Assembly (NCBI GenBank): GCA_001687465.1
Contig: LVLI01000341.1
Coordinates: 62,001 to 126,000 of the forward strand
Direction: 5' to 3'
Length of the DNA: 64,000 nt
Source of the DNA: Halocafeteria seosinensis
Lineage: Eukaryota
The translations under genes and the position numbers were made by a program. This document shows positions 1 to 13,760 of the stretch, one piece after another. The notes beneath the pieces are model-generated. The model searched no databases. It was given only the letters and a program-made list of their open reading frames with translations, and was not told the origin of the DNA. How positions within the stretch are numbered: the stretch's first letter is position 1; each line of letters begins with the position of its first letter.

Positions 1-44
1 GAATGAAGTTTTAACGAAAGAGAATTGTATTACAAACAAGACTG

Positions 45-75
45 CTGCACTAACTTCTACCTGCACTAACTTCTA
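45..75. repeat. 15-bp direct duplication CTGCACTAACTTCTA (period 16)
   Basis: Identical copies at 45-59 and 61-75. Confidence 0.85.
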
Positions 76-1417
76 GCCGAAGGGCGGGAAGAAGTTTAAG
101 AAGTTCCTTCAAGAAGTAATGAGAGAAATCGGAACTTCTGACGCAAACGCTGAAATAGATAAAACAAACCAAAACAAGGTAACCAGCGTCAAAAGTTCGG
201 AAAAGAAGTAACATTCTTCGTCCGTGTTGCTGCTGTGGCAAATGTTAAACAACTGCTGCTTGTGTTCAGTGTGTGTTTATGGGTGAGTCGAGCAAGCTGT
301 TCAGCACATTTACTGTGTACTATCAGCACACAGAGACTACAATGCATACTCGACGTAGCACAATCATTTCAAACTCGGTCCTGTGCAGCAAGAGAGCGGT
401 TTGAGACAGAAACCAAGTTCCTGACCCTCCCTAAAGATAGGGGGTGAGCAGAGTCTCTACTCAGAGTCAACTGCCGCCGAGTGCCATCTGAGTCAGATGA
501 TCTGACAATGTCAATCGGACATACGGCGTGGCGTAGTGTAGCATTTGCCGAAATCCCCCGGATGCCTTTCTATTTCTTCCCATCTTCTTAGCGAAAAAGT
601 TTAATCGTCTATCTCATGCAAACAACCTTTGTCTTTGTTTGCGAGCTCATGCAGCAATTTCCGTCATTGGAATAACGGTGATTTGAAGCGAGAGACCTGG
701 TAAAGGTCTTGGAACACACATTCAACAGGGTATCCTCCGGCGAGGAATTCAAGGTTGGAGTGAGATAGATAGGTTGCGATTCATTCACGTAAGAGCGACA
801 TCAGTTATCCAATTATATGATATAAATGCACATATGTTCAAGCAGCCGAATGAATCTGTATCCCCGACAACCAAACGCAGGTTGTGTCCAGCCACCAACA
901 CCAGACTCTTGTGGTATACAGCAGACAGATGGTTGGGGAACAGAAAACCAGCCAGTATCGTGCTACTACCACTGGTATTGTTATGTTATGTATTTCTTTC
1001 AATGCAACTCTTTGATGGTCGTTTTCCTTCCTAAAACTGTGGCACATGGCTTCTTTGTAAATTTTCGACCTGAGGCGACGGAAAGATTGCTCGATGGGTG
1101 ATCTATGGGCCCTAATGTATGGAATCTGATGGATATGCAAGACTTTTAACCCCGGATTGTCCTATACTGACTTCTTTTATCAATGCCTTTTTCATACACC
1201 AAGTGACGGCATTCCTGGGCAGTGCATAGAGGGAAAATAGAGGCCTGGCAACTACCTCACAGGCACTCTGTAGGCATCAGTCCATTTTCTTCGGCTTTCT
1301 ACAGCCATTCATAAAGATTCAGTGACATCCTCGAGTTGGAAAGAAAGAGGAGAGTGTTATATCCTCTGATTCTGAAGGTTTTTGTCTGCATGCGTGGACG
1401 GGATTGTGTGGAAAAAC

Positions 1418-4400
1418 ATGGCATCGAGTTCACGACCCTCCGCACACCAGAGCCTTTTGGATGAGGGGAACATCTGTGGCCAGACTTTGATACGTTTGGT
1501 CAGTCGTGGCAATGCGATTATCGCCGAGCTCAATCGGCTATGTGAGCACATTCCCAGCGCTTTCCTTCCTGGGTCCAGGGAGAGACAGTATGATCGGTAT
1601 AAAGATATCCTGTTTGACGCCCGCTACTTGAACGATCCTGATGCATTCAACCAGACCATTAACGAGAGCACGCAGCTCTCAGATCTGGATGAAGAGTTAC
1701 AGCAATCATGCGAAGGTATTCTCAGCCGGTTTCTTCAGCTCTTTGAAAGCATGTGCAAGTACTACAGAAACTATCTGAAGTTCTTAGAGGATCTGGAGAG
1801 TGGTTTCTATATTCACCTAACTATGGAGAGTGTTATACTAGACGCTGACGGCAAACAATTGATGTGCGAAGCATTATATCTGTTAGGATGCATGCTATTG
1901 CTTTTGGATGACAAAATACCAGGGAGAACAAGAGAATACATGTTGACCACGCACTATCGTTGGCAAGGAGAGGGTGCTGATGTTGACATTGAAGATTTAG
2001 CTAGGCTTTTACGGGATACTGGCTACCAACCTGGAGAGAAACCTCCAAGCAACTACCCTGAGGTGTACTTTGAAAGGTTTCCCGTCCCAAACGAGGTTTC
2101 GCATAGACTGATAGATCGATTGCGATCCGATGACGTGTATCACCAGATTAGGATATACCCGGACCCATCTCATCGAAGCGTTGCTCTTTCCCGCCAGGCG
2201 AGTCTACTTTACGTTATCTTGTATTTTGAACCTCAGGTACTGGACGAAAAGTTTACCATGATGAGAGAGATCACGGATAAGCATTTTGGGGACAACTGGG
2301 TTATTCCCGTTTACATGGGGTATTTGGCAGACCTCTCGATCGAATGGAAGGCACACAAGGCTGCTTTTGATGCACTAAGCGCCACGGCATTAAATAGCAA
2401 AAGTGTAAAAGAATGGACCAAGTCTCACAACGATACTCTGTACAAATGCGCAGGAGAGATCAACTCTTTGTTGGTGGAAGGGGCCATGACGGATGATTAT
2501 GTTATCGACCATATTTCAGGAATCACAAATGTGCTCAGAAGAGCCAACATCTCCCTTCGTTGGTTGCTTCTGCACCAGTAAGTCAAGTTCTGCAAAGCTT
2601 AACTGTTGTTCTTTAGCACATGATGAAAAACTGATAACGCAGGCAAACAGCATCAAAGAAGCTAAACGACATCGTTACGAAAAACTCCTATTTCAATTAT
2701 GCGCGCCTGCTCTCGGTCATCATCCAGCTTTCAGAGCTTGAGTTCCGCACCAAACATCACTTCAAGACGTTGCTGGAAGGGAAAGAAGAAAGGTGGAATA
2801 GTGCACAGGGGAGCATTATTGACATGCTTAGTCGCCTGAGTGAGGAATTTTCCGGTAATGCACCCCTGTCACAAGTGGAAAAAGACGAGTCCTACGAAGT
2901 TTACTTCCAGAAACTGACGAAGGAGGTGGAATCCTTGGACTATAATGATTCGACGATAACAGGAAGGAAGATACAGGAATTGATAAAGGCTTTGCGTGAC
3001 GTGGAACAATTCGATGTGATTGACTCTTCTACAAGTATTAAGGAGCACTTAGGGAAGATTCGCGATCTCCTCGAGTCTCTTGTCCGAACAGTTAACATTC
3101 AGGAATCGCATTTGATCTCGATAGATACTATAAGTGACATGACATATGTTTGGGAGTTCGTTCAGGATTTCATTCCTTACATGCACTCAAAAATCCGAAA
3201 TGAACCAGAGTGTGTAGTCCGTTTACGGACTGTGTTCCTGAAACTCACTAGCGTCCTAGATGCACCTCTGATACGCATCAGCCAAGTCTCCAGTGAACTT
3301 GAGTCTTCTGGTAGGAAGAAGAAAGGTGATTTACGCTCGGTAGCCGAATTATACTCCAGCCAGTTGATTCAGTTTGTGCGAAGAGTGATGTCGGTTCTTC
3401 CAAACATTGTATTTGAGCACTTGCGGCAAATTATCAACATTGAGACCATCAAAATGCGAGACTTGCCATCTAAGTTTGAAGTTCAAGAGTTGAAGGCACT
3501 AGCGCAGGTATGAGACCCCTACCATACTAGGAATTTGCGTGATGTTCTCTTTTACGGTTCCTCATGTGTGCTGCAGACCGATCTAAGGAGAGAAATAGCC
3601 CGGCTCACCTATCAGATAAGTGTATTTACAGAAGGCATATTAGCAATGGAGGAAACTCTGCTTGGGGTGATCCAAGTGAACCCAAAGCAAATATTGCACG
3701 ACGGAATCCGTTCATATGTCGTCGAGCAGCTTGCCAAGACTTTCCACAACATTTTCAATTTTGAACCAAAGCTTTTGCGGAAAAGCGACCTGAAAAACCA
3801 CTTGGAGGAGCGGCTTCAAAGGGCAAACCAACTCCTTTATGGCTTCAAGAAGAGTTTCGAATACGTCCAGGACTATATCGATATCTACGGACTGAAGGTG
3901 TGGCAGGAGGAGTTTTCGAGAGTTATGGGTTTCTTCACTGAGCAAGAATGTAATCGGTTTGTACGGGAGAAGATATTCCCTTCCGAAAGTGTATATCAAT
4001 CGGAAGAGATTCCGATTCCTATCTACATATCTGTAAGGAACAATTCTGTGCACCATTCTCGGTGGGGAACAACGCTAATTTCTTTATTTGCTCTTCGTGC
4101 AGCCTCCAAATCAAGGAACTGTTAATTTTATGGGATCCTTGACCAACGTGATTCTAAGCCTGACTGATTACAACAAGTGCATCTATTCTAAGTCCGCTGG
4201 TGGATGGTTTGATTCCACTGGAAGAGAAGTTGCTGGGACTACGCTGGTTCGGCAGTTAAAAAACGCGCTTGATATTCAGGGATTATGTGGTGTAGACCGA
4301 CTTCTTTCATTTACGATCAGCCATCGCATCAAGAGCACATTGAACCAGCACAAGGTAGACGTAAGTCGAACTCATGGCGTGTGTTTACTTCATTCACTGG

Positions 4401-5356
4401 GTAGAATTACGCTGAGAACAATTGTTTGGTATGCAGCTAAATGAAGGAGCAAGGGCATACCTACAATCCCTGCAAAGTGCAGTAAACGTCCGTGTTGCGC
4501 AGGTCGGGGAACATAATTTCCACGTCAATACGTATGAAAAGTTTGATAAAGCTCTCTACAACTTTCGAGGTATGTGCATGTTCCGTGTGGTAATGGTCCT
4601 GGATGCTAGATAACTCTTTGTGCCGCTATTCCTGCAGCAATGGTACAAACTATTGGCCAGCTGCAGCTTCTTAGGAACCTCATCGGGCAGGAATTGCAGT
4701 ATACTTGTCGGTTGGACTCTAAACTGCTATATACGTCTTTAAAAGCGCTAAATGAAGGGGTCATGACTGATATTAGACGGTATGTTGACTGTCTTGTTGA
4801 TGAATATTGTGGACATAAAGGCTGGTATATGTTACTCTGCAGTCACTATCGCGACCAAGAAAAGTACCCGTATCCTAGGAACAACACATTGATGCCATCA
4901 TTGGCTAAGTATTTGACCACAGCGGGCATGAGCGATCCGATGAAGAAAGTATACACTCAGACGGAACACGAAGAGTACTTTGGGGTATGGTTAGCCCTGG
5001 TTGTAGAATCAGTTCTACCCAAGCTCAAGTGGGATGAGGATTTCAATACACTTGTAAAGATTAAGTCGACGAGCAGCATGGATGGGTATCCTTTGGTAGC
5101 TGGGGCACAAACAATTTTGCGCCAACTTGGAGTCAACGCAACTCGCGATTTCTTGCGAACTCTATCTCATTTTACCCGCACAGCGATATTGGAGGCATTT
5201 CATGGGAAAAAGCCAAACCCGCACTTTACCAGCAAGGCCGTCAATGCCGTTCTATTTACAAGAATGTTTGAAGGAGTGGCGGAGATACCGCGACCAGTTA
5301 TGGAAGAATTTTTCCCAAGCTTTATATACGACTGTCTGGAGAATACGCCTCAGTGA
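1418..5356 (+). CDS. WASHC5: WASH complex subunit strumpellin, 7 exons
   Basis: N-terminal NICGQTLIRLVSRGNAIIAEL, plus RLRSDDVY, YPDPSHRSVALSRQASLLYVILYF, DKHFGDNWVI and SFEYVQDYIDIYGLKVWQEEFSR are strumpellin hallmarks. GT-AG introns read at 2578-2642, 3508-3576, 4033-4102, 4361-4436, 4570-4637 and 4780-4842 join the ORF-track fragments. Confidence 0.95.
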
Positions 5357-5379
5357 GATTCAGCGGTGTTCATTCTCTC

Positions 5380-7047
5380 TTAAAACCAAGCACGCATATC
5401 CAGCTGCATGTACGAATTACAAGCAGCAGGACGCCAGTTCTTACCAGAAAATCCTTCCCATGCGGCGTACATAACCGATTCTGCGGGACTGAACGCCACT
5501 GACAGGACATTGGAACCTGTGTGCGTGTTTCCGCAGTAGAAAAAGTTGGGGCCTTTCTTCCCCGCAATACTGGTAATATTTACGATTTGCTCAGGACCAA
5601 CAAGTTCTTTTATGTCTCCGTATCTTACGATTGCGTCATGAATAATAAGATAACGCTTCTCCGTATCCGTTCCCATTGCCTGAGACCAGAGATAATCCTT
5701 CATGATGCGTGGGTCATAACCGTGATTGGTCCGCCACACAGCTTCCTTCACGGGAAACCCAGTGTGGACTCCGTCGACCGTTGCCTTTGCCTCTCGGGGA
5801 TCATCATCGCGGAAGTATGCTGTATAACCTCCTTGGGTCTCCATGACAATTGCGCTTTTGTCCCCCGCCGATCCCACCATATGACTGTGGTAATGAAACA
5901 AACGTATTTGCTGCCATGTAAGCACCAGAAACAGGCATCGCCATAATACTTACTTGAAACCAACAGTGTTATTTGTATTCTCCCACAAAGACTTTGCTTC
6001 CGCAATGGTCTCCGCATTTTCCATGATGTACCTCAAACGGAGGAGCCAAGGAAAGCCGAGGAATGTTTCAGGGCTTTCCTCTAGGTTGGCTTCGTGAACG
6101 GTGACTCCTTTGGCACTCATTCCAGTCAATGCACCCAATAATCCCGCAAAACCTACGGTAGTGTGGTTGATTTTTCCCTCTGGATGAAAAACATACACCA
6201 TCTTGTATTTGTTAATACCCGAGTTGGCTAGCCAATCCAAATTCCTCCCAGAGTACAGATTTCCCTTTACGGAGCGAGATCCCCAAATTCCCATCATGCT
6301 GCATTGAACAGGCTCCAACCATCTGATTTCTTCCGTGAGTATGCGGTACATGTTCAGTCCTACCGCATTAGCTTTGGCTCCGATGGGACTCTGGTTTACC
6401 GCAGCCTCCAGTTTCCGTTCTCCATGTTGCTCAACGGAGATATTGAACTCATTAGCAAGGACGTACTTTAGGTCAAGAATTGAGCCTGGAAAATTGGCCA
6501 AGACTTGCACACGGTTCCACAGGGTATCACAATCGATGAAAGTCTTGTTGTCAACACCTTGTCCCCACGGTGTCTGCTGCAGAGCTTGTCGACAGCCTTG
6601 CCGCAGTCCTCGAGTTTCCTCCATGTACTCGGACGGCACTTGTTGCGAGAGATAGTCATTCCACTGCCAGTCCAAAAACAGTTCGACAATGTATTGTACG
6701 ACGGGCTCCAAAGGTCCCGCCTTGCCTAGAACGGACGCTAAGAGAGTTTGGTAGGTGAATTGCATCATATCGACTTGGGTATAGCCCGCATCAAAGCCAT
6801 GTTCGAAGCGAGAGCCATGCATGTCCATCAAGTACGGTAGCTCACCGTACACGGCACCTTCCGCGGTCATGCGGTACAAGTTTCCCTTGTAATAGCCTTG
6901 TCTGTGAATCGTATAGTTATCGGGGGCGACTATATTGTAGCCAACGGTGGTGTGCGAGGAGGGAACCACCACTTTGGCGTGGATCTGTGCTCCTAGCACG
7001 AGGGCCACCAAGGCGACCACAGGGCTCAATCGCTGGACAGACATCAT
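5380..7047 (-). CDS. Secreted Ntn-hydrolase, peptidase C45 / acid-ceramidase (NAAA)-like, 2 exons
   Basis: Hydrophobic signal peptide; Q-CSMMGIWG putative nucleophile Cys, GRNLDW, GALTGMS, RTNH. Intron 5885-5953 joins GF-N-HMVG in frame. Confidence 0.8.
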
Positions 7048-7849
7048 ATTGACGTGACCAATAATTCTCAACGTTTAGACTCGATCAAGACTCGAGGATT
7101 TTCCTAGTATATACAGGAGATTCCTCCGGAACAACTTTCCGCGCTTCAATCCGCACAGTGATGCACGCATACACCGATGGTATGTGGGCAGAGGCACAGC
7201 GCCAAACAGTTTACATGTACACATCTAATAATGAGTGGAGTACTGTTTACTTGTTTTTCGTAGTTTTTATTTTCTGCATCCTTAACCATGCATGAACGGA
7301 ATTCCAGGAACTCCATCAGATTCCCAAACGTCTTCCAGTCCAGATTCTGATGAGTGCCCCGATGGTCCCCACTGGGTTCGAGTGAAGAACTATTTAGAAG
7401 GTTCTACTGAGATTTTTGAGTTATAGTGTGTGGTGGATTCCAATCACCCAAGCAAGGAATTCCATGCGGACTGCAACCTTGGGATTCGGAACCGAAGCTG
7501 AAGCACTTAAGAGGTGAATTCAGGCGTCATCCCTCATTCAAAATCATGCTGCAGATACAGATCAGCAAGAATTATTCCACTCTGACCACTTCTAACTCAT
7601 TCCCATCACAACGTGTCACTCGAACTTCCTGGAAGTTCCTGCAGCCGTCCGGGCCTTCCGCCCGGAGACGGGGGGCTTAACTGACACTGTGGATACTCCT
7701 GACCCTTTCAAGACGGGACTTTTGAGCGCATTGTTTGACCTATTCGCAGGCTACTATACGCACCATTTTTTCAGCAGCAAGTCTTTGTTGATCAAAGTTT
7801 TAGATAGTGTTCCAGATTTTGCTTGTTGGTCTTGTAGGGCAGAGCAATC

Positions 7850-9172
7850 ATGACGGGCGCAATTTTCCTTGACAAAGAGGAAGAGCAACACAAAAACAAA
7901 GACACCTCTGCTGCTCTCAAGAAGCGCAGAGGCGGCAAAGGCAATCAAGGATCTGGTAAAAAGACTGCTCCCGATCAGGCACAACCTAAATACTATGGAA
8001 CGGAACCCGATGCACCCCCGAATGAGCCCCCTCCTTTCACTTTGGAAGACATCCGGAAGCAAATTCCCGCTCATTGCTTTGAACGACCCCTATGGAAGTC
8101 CATGATGCATCTTATGCAAGATTTAGCTCTTGCAGCTATTCTCTTTTATGCCGCCACTTGGATCAATCACCCGGCAGTCCCTACATGGCTGACGTATGTG
8201 CTCTGGCCCGTGTACTGGTATCTTGAAGGATGTATCCTCACTGGTGTCTGGGTTATTGCCCACGAGTGTGGGCATGGTGGATTTTCGGATAAAAAATGGG
8301 TCAATGACCTGGTTGGACTAATTTGCCATAGCGGGCTCTTAGTGCCGTACCACAGTTGGCGGATCTCCCATGGCAACCATCATAAGAATACGTGCAGCGT
8401 TGAGCACGATGAAGTCTTTGTGGCTCAGACGCGGTCAGAAATGGGAGAGATGATCAATGACACCCCCATTGTGAACCTTTTGTTTATCGTCAATATGCTG
8501 CTCCTCGGATGGTAAGTGGGAGCTCGATTTGCGATAGCGATCTCGTGATACGTAATCAATTGTTCTACTCTATCTGTTGTGCTCTACAGGCCGGGATATT
8601 TGATCACGAACATGTCTGGTCCCGCCAAGTACCAGGGAAAGAAAAGTTCGCATTTTGATCCCGGAGCTGCTTTATTCCGTGCTAACCAGGCGAAAGATGT
8701 TGTCATCTCTGACATGGGGCTTATAGTGGCATTAGCAATCCTCGGATTCTGTGTTCACTCTTACGGCTTCGGCAACGTTGCGTTTTACTATATCATCCCT
8801 TACTTGGTAGTAAACTGCCATTTGGTATTGATAACATTCTTACAGCATACCGACACGTACATCCCTCATTACAACGAGGACAACTTCACTTGGTTGCGCG
8901 GGGCTCTTGCTACAGTCGATCGATCTTACGGATGGTTCCTGGATGCGTGCTTCCATCACATCGCCGACACTCATGTCTGTCATCATTTGTTTCACTACAT
9001 GCCATGGTACCATGCAACTGAAGCAACCGAAGCCATGAAACCTCTTCTGGGAAAATATTACTTGAAGGATGAAACACCGATATACCAAGCCACTTACAGG
9101 AGCTGGTCGAAATGCCGTTTTGTTGAGGATGAAGGCGAAGTATTATTCTATAAGGGTAAAGAGGATTTATAA
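7850..9172 (+). CDS. FAD2: Delta-12 (omega-6) fatty acid desaturase, 2 exons
   Basis: His boxes HECGH, HGNHH and HVCHH; PPFTLEDIRKQIPAHCF; WLRGALATVDR. Intron 8512-8590. Confidence 0.9.
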
Positions 9173-9290
9173 ATTGGTTGAATCTATCTCGGTGGGCATC
9201 AACGAAAAATTGAAATTTTAATAGCAAGGATGTAATAATATACAGGGTGTGTTCCAAACGTCTATTCCGGCAAGGTGCTTACGCTTCCAG

Positions 9291-11115
9291 TCATGTTCTG
9301 TGATCTCCTTCACGTTGCTGGCGCTGTTCTTCTTGTCTGTGCCGTTCCTCTTCTTGCTGTCGCTGCCTTCCCTCTGCTTCGTGCTGTTGTCTTCTCTGTT
9401 CGTTTTCCCGTCGTCTCTTTTCTTCTTGTTCCCGTTGCTGCCTTTCCCGCTCTGCTTCTTGCCTCTTTCGTTCTTGTTCTTCTTCCTGCCTCTTTCGTTC
9501 TTGTTCTTCTTCTTGCCTCTTCCGTTCTTGTTCTTCTTCCTGCCTCTTCCGTTCCTGTTCTTCTTCTTGCCTCTTCCGTTCCTGCTCTGCTTGCCTCTTC
9601 CGTTCCTGCTCTTCTTGTTCTTTTCGTTTACGCTCTTCTTCTTCCTGTCGCCTACGTTCCTCCGCTTCTCGTTCCTGTCTCTTCCGTTCTTCTTCTTCCT
9701 CTCGTTCTTTGCGCTTCCGCTCTTCTTCTTCGCGCCTTCGTTTTTCCTCAGTCCTGATTTTTCGACTTATCTCTTTGTCCTTGGTGTGCAAGGTCTGAGT
9801 TGCCAAAAAGTCTTGAATATGCCTTTCCACAGCTGAGATCTCTCGGTGGAACAGAAACCGAATTGTGAAGAATCCATGTGGTGCACTGTCAAATTTGAAA
9901 TGAGATACGCTTAGACCTTGTTTCCTATACCTTTCTTCATATCTTCCAGCATGGTCGAACAGAACGTCACGCTTGGAAGAAATCAGCTTCAAAGGAGGGA
10001 GCAGCTGAAAATCAGTAGCCCTTAAAGGAGAATGGCCCGGATCTCGCTGTTTCGCTTCATTGTTGCGCACATCCTCAGGAAGGTACGCATTCCAGAACGC
10101 CTGTGCTTCGTCCCGACTCAAGAAGCGTACAGATTCATTCGCATCCCGGAATGAGGGACACTCCTCTTCATGGTCTGGGATGGTGGAGACATAGTCCAAC
10201 ATGGGATAAATAAGCACCACCCCCGCAATGTTGATGTTGCTATCGCGCGCCCAAAGAGACACGCTAGCAGCTAGTTGTCCTCCTGCGCTATCGCCCATGA
10301 GCTGCAATACCGAACACAAGCCCATGTATCTTGTTTTCCCAGGACTCATTCCAAAATACACGGAATGAACTTACGTATACGTATGCTGGATTTCCACGGT
10401 AGCGGCGAGGAGCCTCATTGACAAAGTACTGAAGAGCAGCATGACAATCCTGCAAAGCTGCGGGATACTTGTTTTCAGGAGCCAGCCTATATTGGACTGA
10501 AACGACGATTGCATTGTTAATTGTGGCCATGCGTGCGAGAGCTGGAGAATGAGAATCCTCCAGCACCCAACCACCTCCGTGGAAGAACAAAACGAGTGGA
10601 TATGATCCATCATCAGTTTTATTTTGAAGATTCTCCAGCTTTAAGCCTTCGGAACGCAGCGTGTATCGATCATGCTCCAGCAAATTTCGTTCTGTCTGGT
10701 TCGGATAGAAAATCCTGCATGGTATCGGTGGCTGCTGAGGGTATAGTGGATCAGCCTGGATAACTTCCTCAGGGGAATGATCCAAAGCATTCTGATAGCC
10801 TAGAAATTCCCAGAGAGTATATTGAAGCTGTTTTGTTCGATTGACAGAACTGCATTCATCCACAATAAACTAAGAAACTAGTTAAAGTCGATTCCAGTCT
10901 CTTGTGAGCGAGACGTACTTTTCACGAAGAATGCGTAGTCCTTCGGGGTTAAAGATATCCTGTTTCAGGTCATTGCTGCTCGCCTTTTTCAATCCTACGA
11001 TGACCAGTTCCCTCCAGTCAATATCCTTGAACCCTGGCACAGTGGCTCGAAATAAAGAGAATAAGATCGCGATGGTGGCTGGCGCCAGCCCCAGGTAGAA
11101 GAGGCATTTTCTCAT
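9291..11115 (-). CDS. HSL-family alpha/beta hydrolase (lipase/esterase) with N-terminal anchor and a long charged C-terminal helix, 3 exons
   Basis: HGGGW oxyanion motif, YRLAPE, GDSAGG nucleophile, D-VL and HGFF. Introns about 10850-10918 and 10303-10374. Confidence 0.88.
9460..9600. repeat. 27-bp coding tandem repeat (EEEQERKRQ units) in the lipase tail
   Basis: Repeated tgcctcttccgttcttgttcttcttc-type units; protein reads (EEEQERKRQ)n. Confidence 0.9.
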
Positions 11116-11466
11116 TTCACACGATCAGCTGCTCTGTGTGTGTGTTGGAACTTTCCAGACAGTCAAAAGCCACTTCTCATACCCTCTGCCCGAGCACCTC
11201 GACACACCAATATCCTTCTTTTTACGTAATATACAAGGCCAGAAAGTTGAAATCCGGGCTGAAGGCCCGGATTCTTGGTCGTCCGGGCCTTCTGACGTGG
11301 TAGCGCTTGTTCTTGAAGCCCCCATATGGTTGTATACGGTCCGTAAGAGAAATTGTTCATGCACGAATTTGTTGTCGTTTGAAGGAGCTGGAAGAAGGAG
11401 CGCTGTGTAGCTCCCCCCGAAGAACGTGAAGAAGCAATAAAATAGAACAGAACGTGACGAAATATA

Positions 11467-12627
11467 ATGAGTCATTTTCCTCATGTAGAGGACTTAAACA
11501 TCGAGGAGTGTGATAATTTGGAGGATTTTCTGTACCCTCATCAACAGAATCCCGAGAGTGCAGCCTTCCAAGGAATGAACACCGATCTAGGGGACAATGA
11601 CGGAGGGCTGCCTCCCGTTGAAGGAGAGTATGGAGCGACACCCCTCGATGGAAGTCCTATGTATACACCGAAGATGGCAAAATATGAGGGACCTTACGAC
11701 TCGGCAATGACTTCCCGGATAGGTTACGACGAGGGCACAAGTTCGCAGCCGTATAATTACTTAAGCCAGCCTTCGGGAGAACAAGGAAACAACTTGCGCA
11801 TTCGAGCCGGCTCCGACATGAGCGACTTCGAATTCTCTCCGAGAGTACCCCCTGATGCGCAAGGGAATCTTGATGAAGAACCTAGGTTTGGATTGACACG
11901 AGAGAATACGCCGTTTCAGGTAAGTTGAAGAGTCCACTTGTGGTGACAATCCGTGAATTGTTGACTGGCTCTGCATTATGCTACAAACCGCTGACCAGAA
12001 TGCTCAGCAATCCGGCAGAACGTACACACAAGCAGTCCCACATACATCGCAAATGACATCCATGAGCGTAGGTGGAGGGGAGCCCATCAATAAGTCTGAG
12101 TCCCCAGTTGTTACACGTGGACGAGGCCGAGTCTTAAGGAACCGACGTCCTGCGAAAGCCGCCTCATATGATGGACGAATCCCCGCCCCGTCGGCGACCG
12201 CTACAACGGTTACCAAAGCTGAAGCTCACTCTGTGGTTTCAAGTAATACTGGCTACAGTGGAGAGACAAATCACTCTGTAACCGCACGCAAGATGAAGAA
12301 GAATAACAGGGAACGGCAGAGGCGTTACGAAGTGAATGAGAAATTTGCCGAACTGGCAGAAGTGCTAGGGGTTGTGCAAAAGAACAAGAGTGACAAGGTA
12401 TCAGTCCTCCAATCCGCGATAGATACAGTGAATGTAAGTACTCTTTTTGTGGATGGAATTTCCAATTCCTCATCCTATACGGCTCTTGTTTTGTTCTAGT
12501 GCAGTGGTTTCAAGAGACCTATGGTCCCGTCGATATCAATGAAATCGTGAATAGTAACCGAACAGAGCCGCAAGACGGTGGCAGTATCAGTGGAAGAAAG
12601 CGCTCGGCTAAGAATGCAGGGATGTAA
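11467..12627 (+). CDS. bHLH transcription factor, 3 exons
   Basis: KKNNRERQRRYEVNEKFAELAEVL-loop-KSDKVSVLQSAIDTV is a canonical bHLH. Introns about 11920-11998 and 12434-12504. The last acceptor is ambiguous (AG at 12499 or 12504). Confidence 0.8.
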
Positions 12628-12753
12628 CAGTGTTACAACTTGTGTATTTTTGCATATTGAGCTCCAATTGATGAGCCTCCCGAGCCGACTATTGTCTGTT
12701 GAAGTGTTAAATTCCTTGCTACACGAGGATACAAAATACACTGTATTATTTTT

Positions 12754-13760
12754 TTATTCCCCTTGATTTGGTGCAAGGGCAAGCATCGTAAATCTCATTT
12801 CTTCTGGGTCTCGTTGCATGTACTCCTTCATCTTCGCAGCAGCTTTTCCAAGAAGCTCGTCTTGCGTACATGGGCCATGATTTACGGGAAATTCCTTTCT
12901 TCCGTCCATTTCATACATACTACCATCCTTTTGTCTGCAGATATAAGCTAGCGACGTATATACTCTACTAAGCGATGAGCAACGCAGTAGCAAGAGCTTA
13001 CACAAATGCGATGAAATGAGTATCCACTGCTTCGTCGACGGCTTCAGTCTGACCCTCATTCGCAGCATCGCCATGAGATTCTTCCAGTTCTTCATCTTCC
13101 TCAAGATACTCTGCTCGCTCATCAGCGGTCTTTCCCTGCATAGCAAGATGAAAACGAGCAAGGTTGATACCCCCAATAATGCTATGTATCTCTCGGTGGA
13201 TCTTGATCACGTACCCGAGTTTTCTCTACAAAATTCTTGAACCAAGAGTTGCCTTTTAACTCTACAGGTCCGCCTGTTAGTGTGCTGTTGTTAACAGCTG
13301 AATGGAGTAGACCGATGGTTCCACATGCATTGCCTACTGTTTGTTTCGTGAAGAAAACGTTGTCTGAAACTTGCTGACCATGCTCTTTGATTTTCTTTTC
13401 CTCCTCCTCTCGATGCTTTTCCTGAGGGGACAAACCACCGCATACAGTCGCCTGACATAAGGGACACAACCTGACGACTCTGGTAGATAGATGGCTTACT
13501 TGGACGTCTTTAATGGGATAAAGCATCACCAGGGCCAATACAGGCTGAGGGATCATCTCCAAGGCCCAATCCTGTCGAGTCAATCACACAGCCGTATCCA
13601 CCTTGTCTGACTAAAACTTTACGATAGAGCTCCTTACTTCGGTACTGAACACATCCATCCACTTGTAGGAGTCCGTAGGAAAGCCTAAAGAGTTCATATA
13701 CTTATTTAAGACCTCTGGGTTATTCTCCAGAGGAATCCATCGCTGCTTTTCAGATGCCAT
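12754..13760 (-). CDS. Ubiquitin C-terminal hydrolase (peptidase C12, UCH-L3/YUH1-like), multi-exon
   Basis: Start MASEKQRWIPLENNPE at 13760 (not in ORF track); QTVGNACGTIG catalytic Cys; THFIAF His; YEMDG Asp. Confidence 0.92.

Noticed and set aside
1..221. Purine-rich stretch as the tail of a CDS entering from the left
   Set aside because: All plus-strand frames are interrupted by stops and no family is recognisable.
424..461. Hairpin ACCCTCCCTA-AAGA-TAGGGGGT followed by CTAC, considered as a Helitron 3' end
   Set aside because: The stem is bulged, the terminus is CTAC rather than CTRR, and no Rep/helicase sequence is visible.
1382..5356. Fragmented ORFs as a pseudogene or evidence of an alternative genetic code
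   Set aside because: Canonical GT-AG introns restore the frame under the standard code.
9249..9836. Hydrophobic F/L-rich plus-strand ORFs
   Set aside because: Antisense shadows of the E/R/K repeat in the lipase tail.
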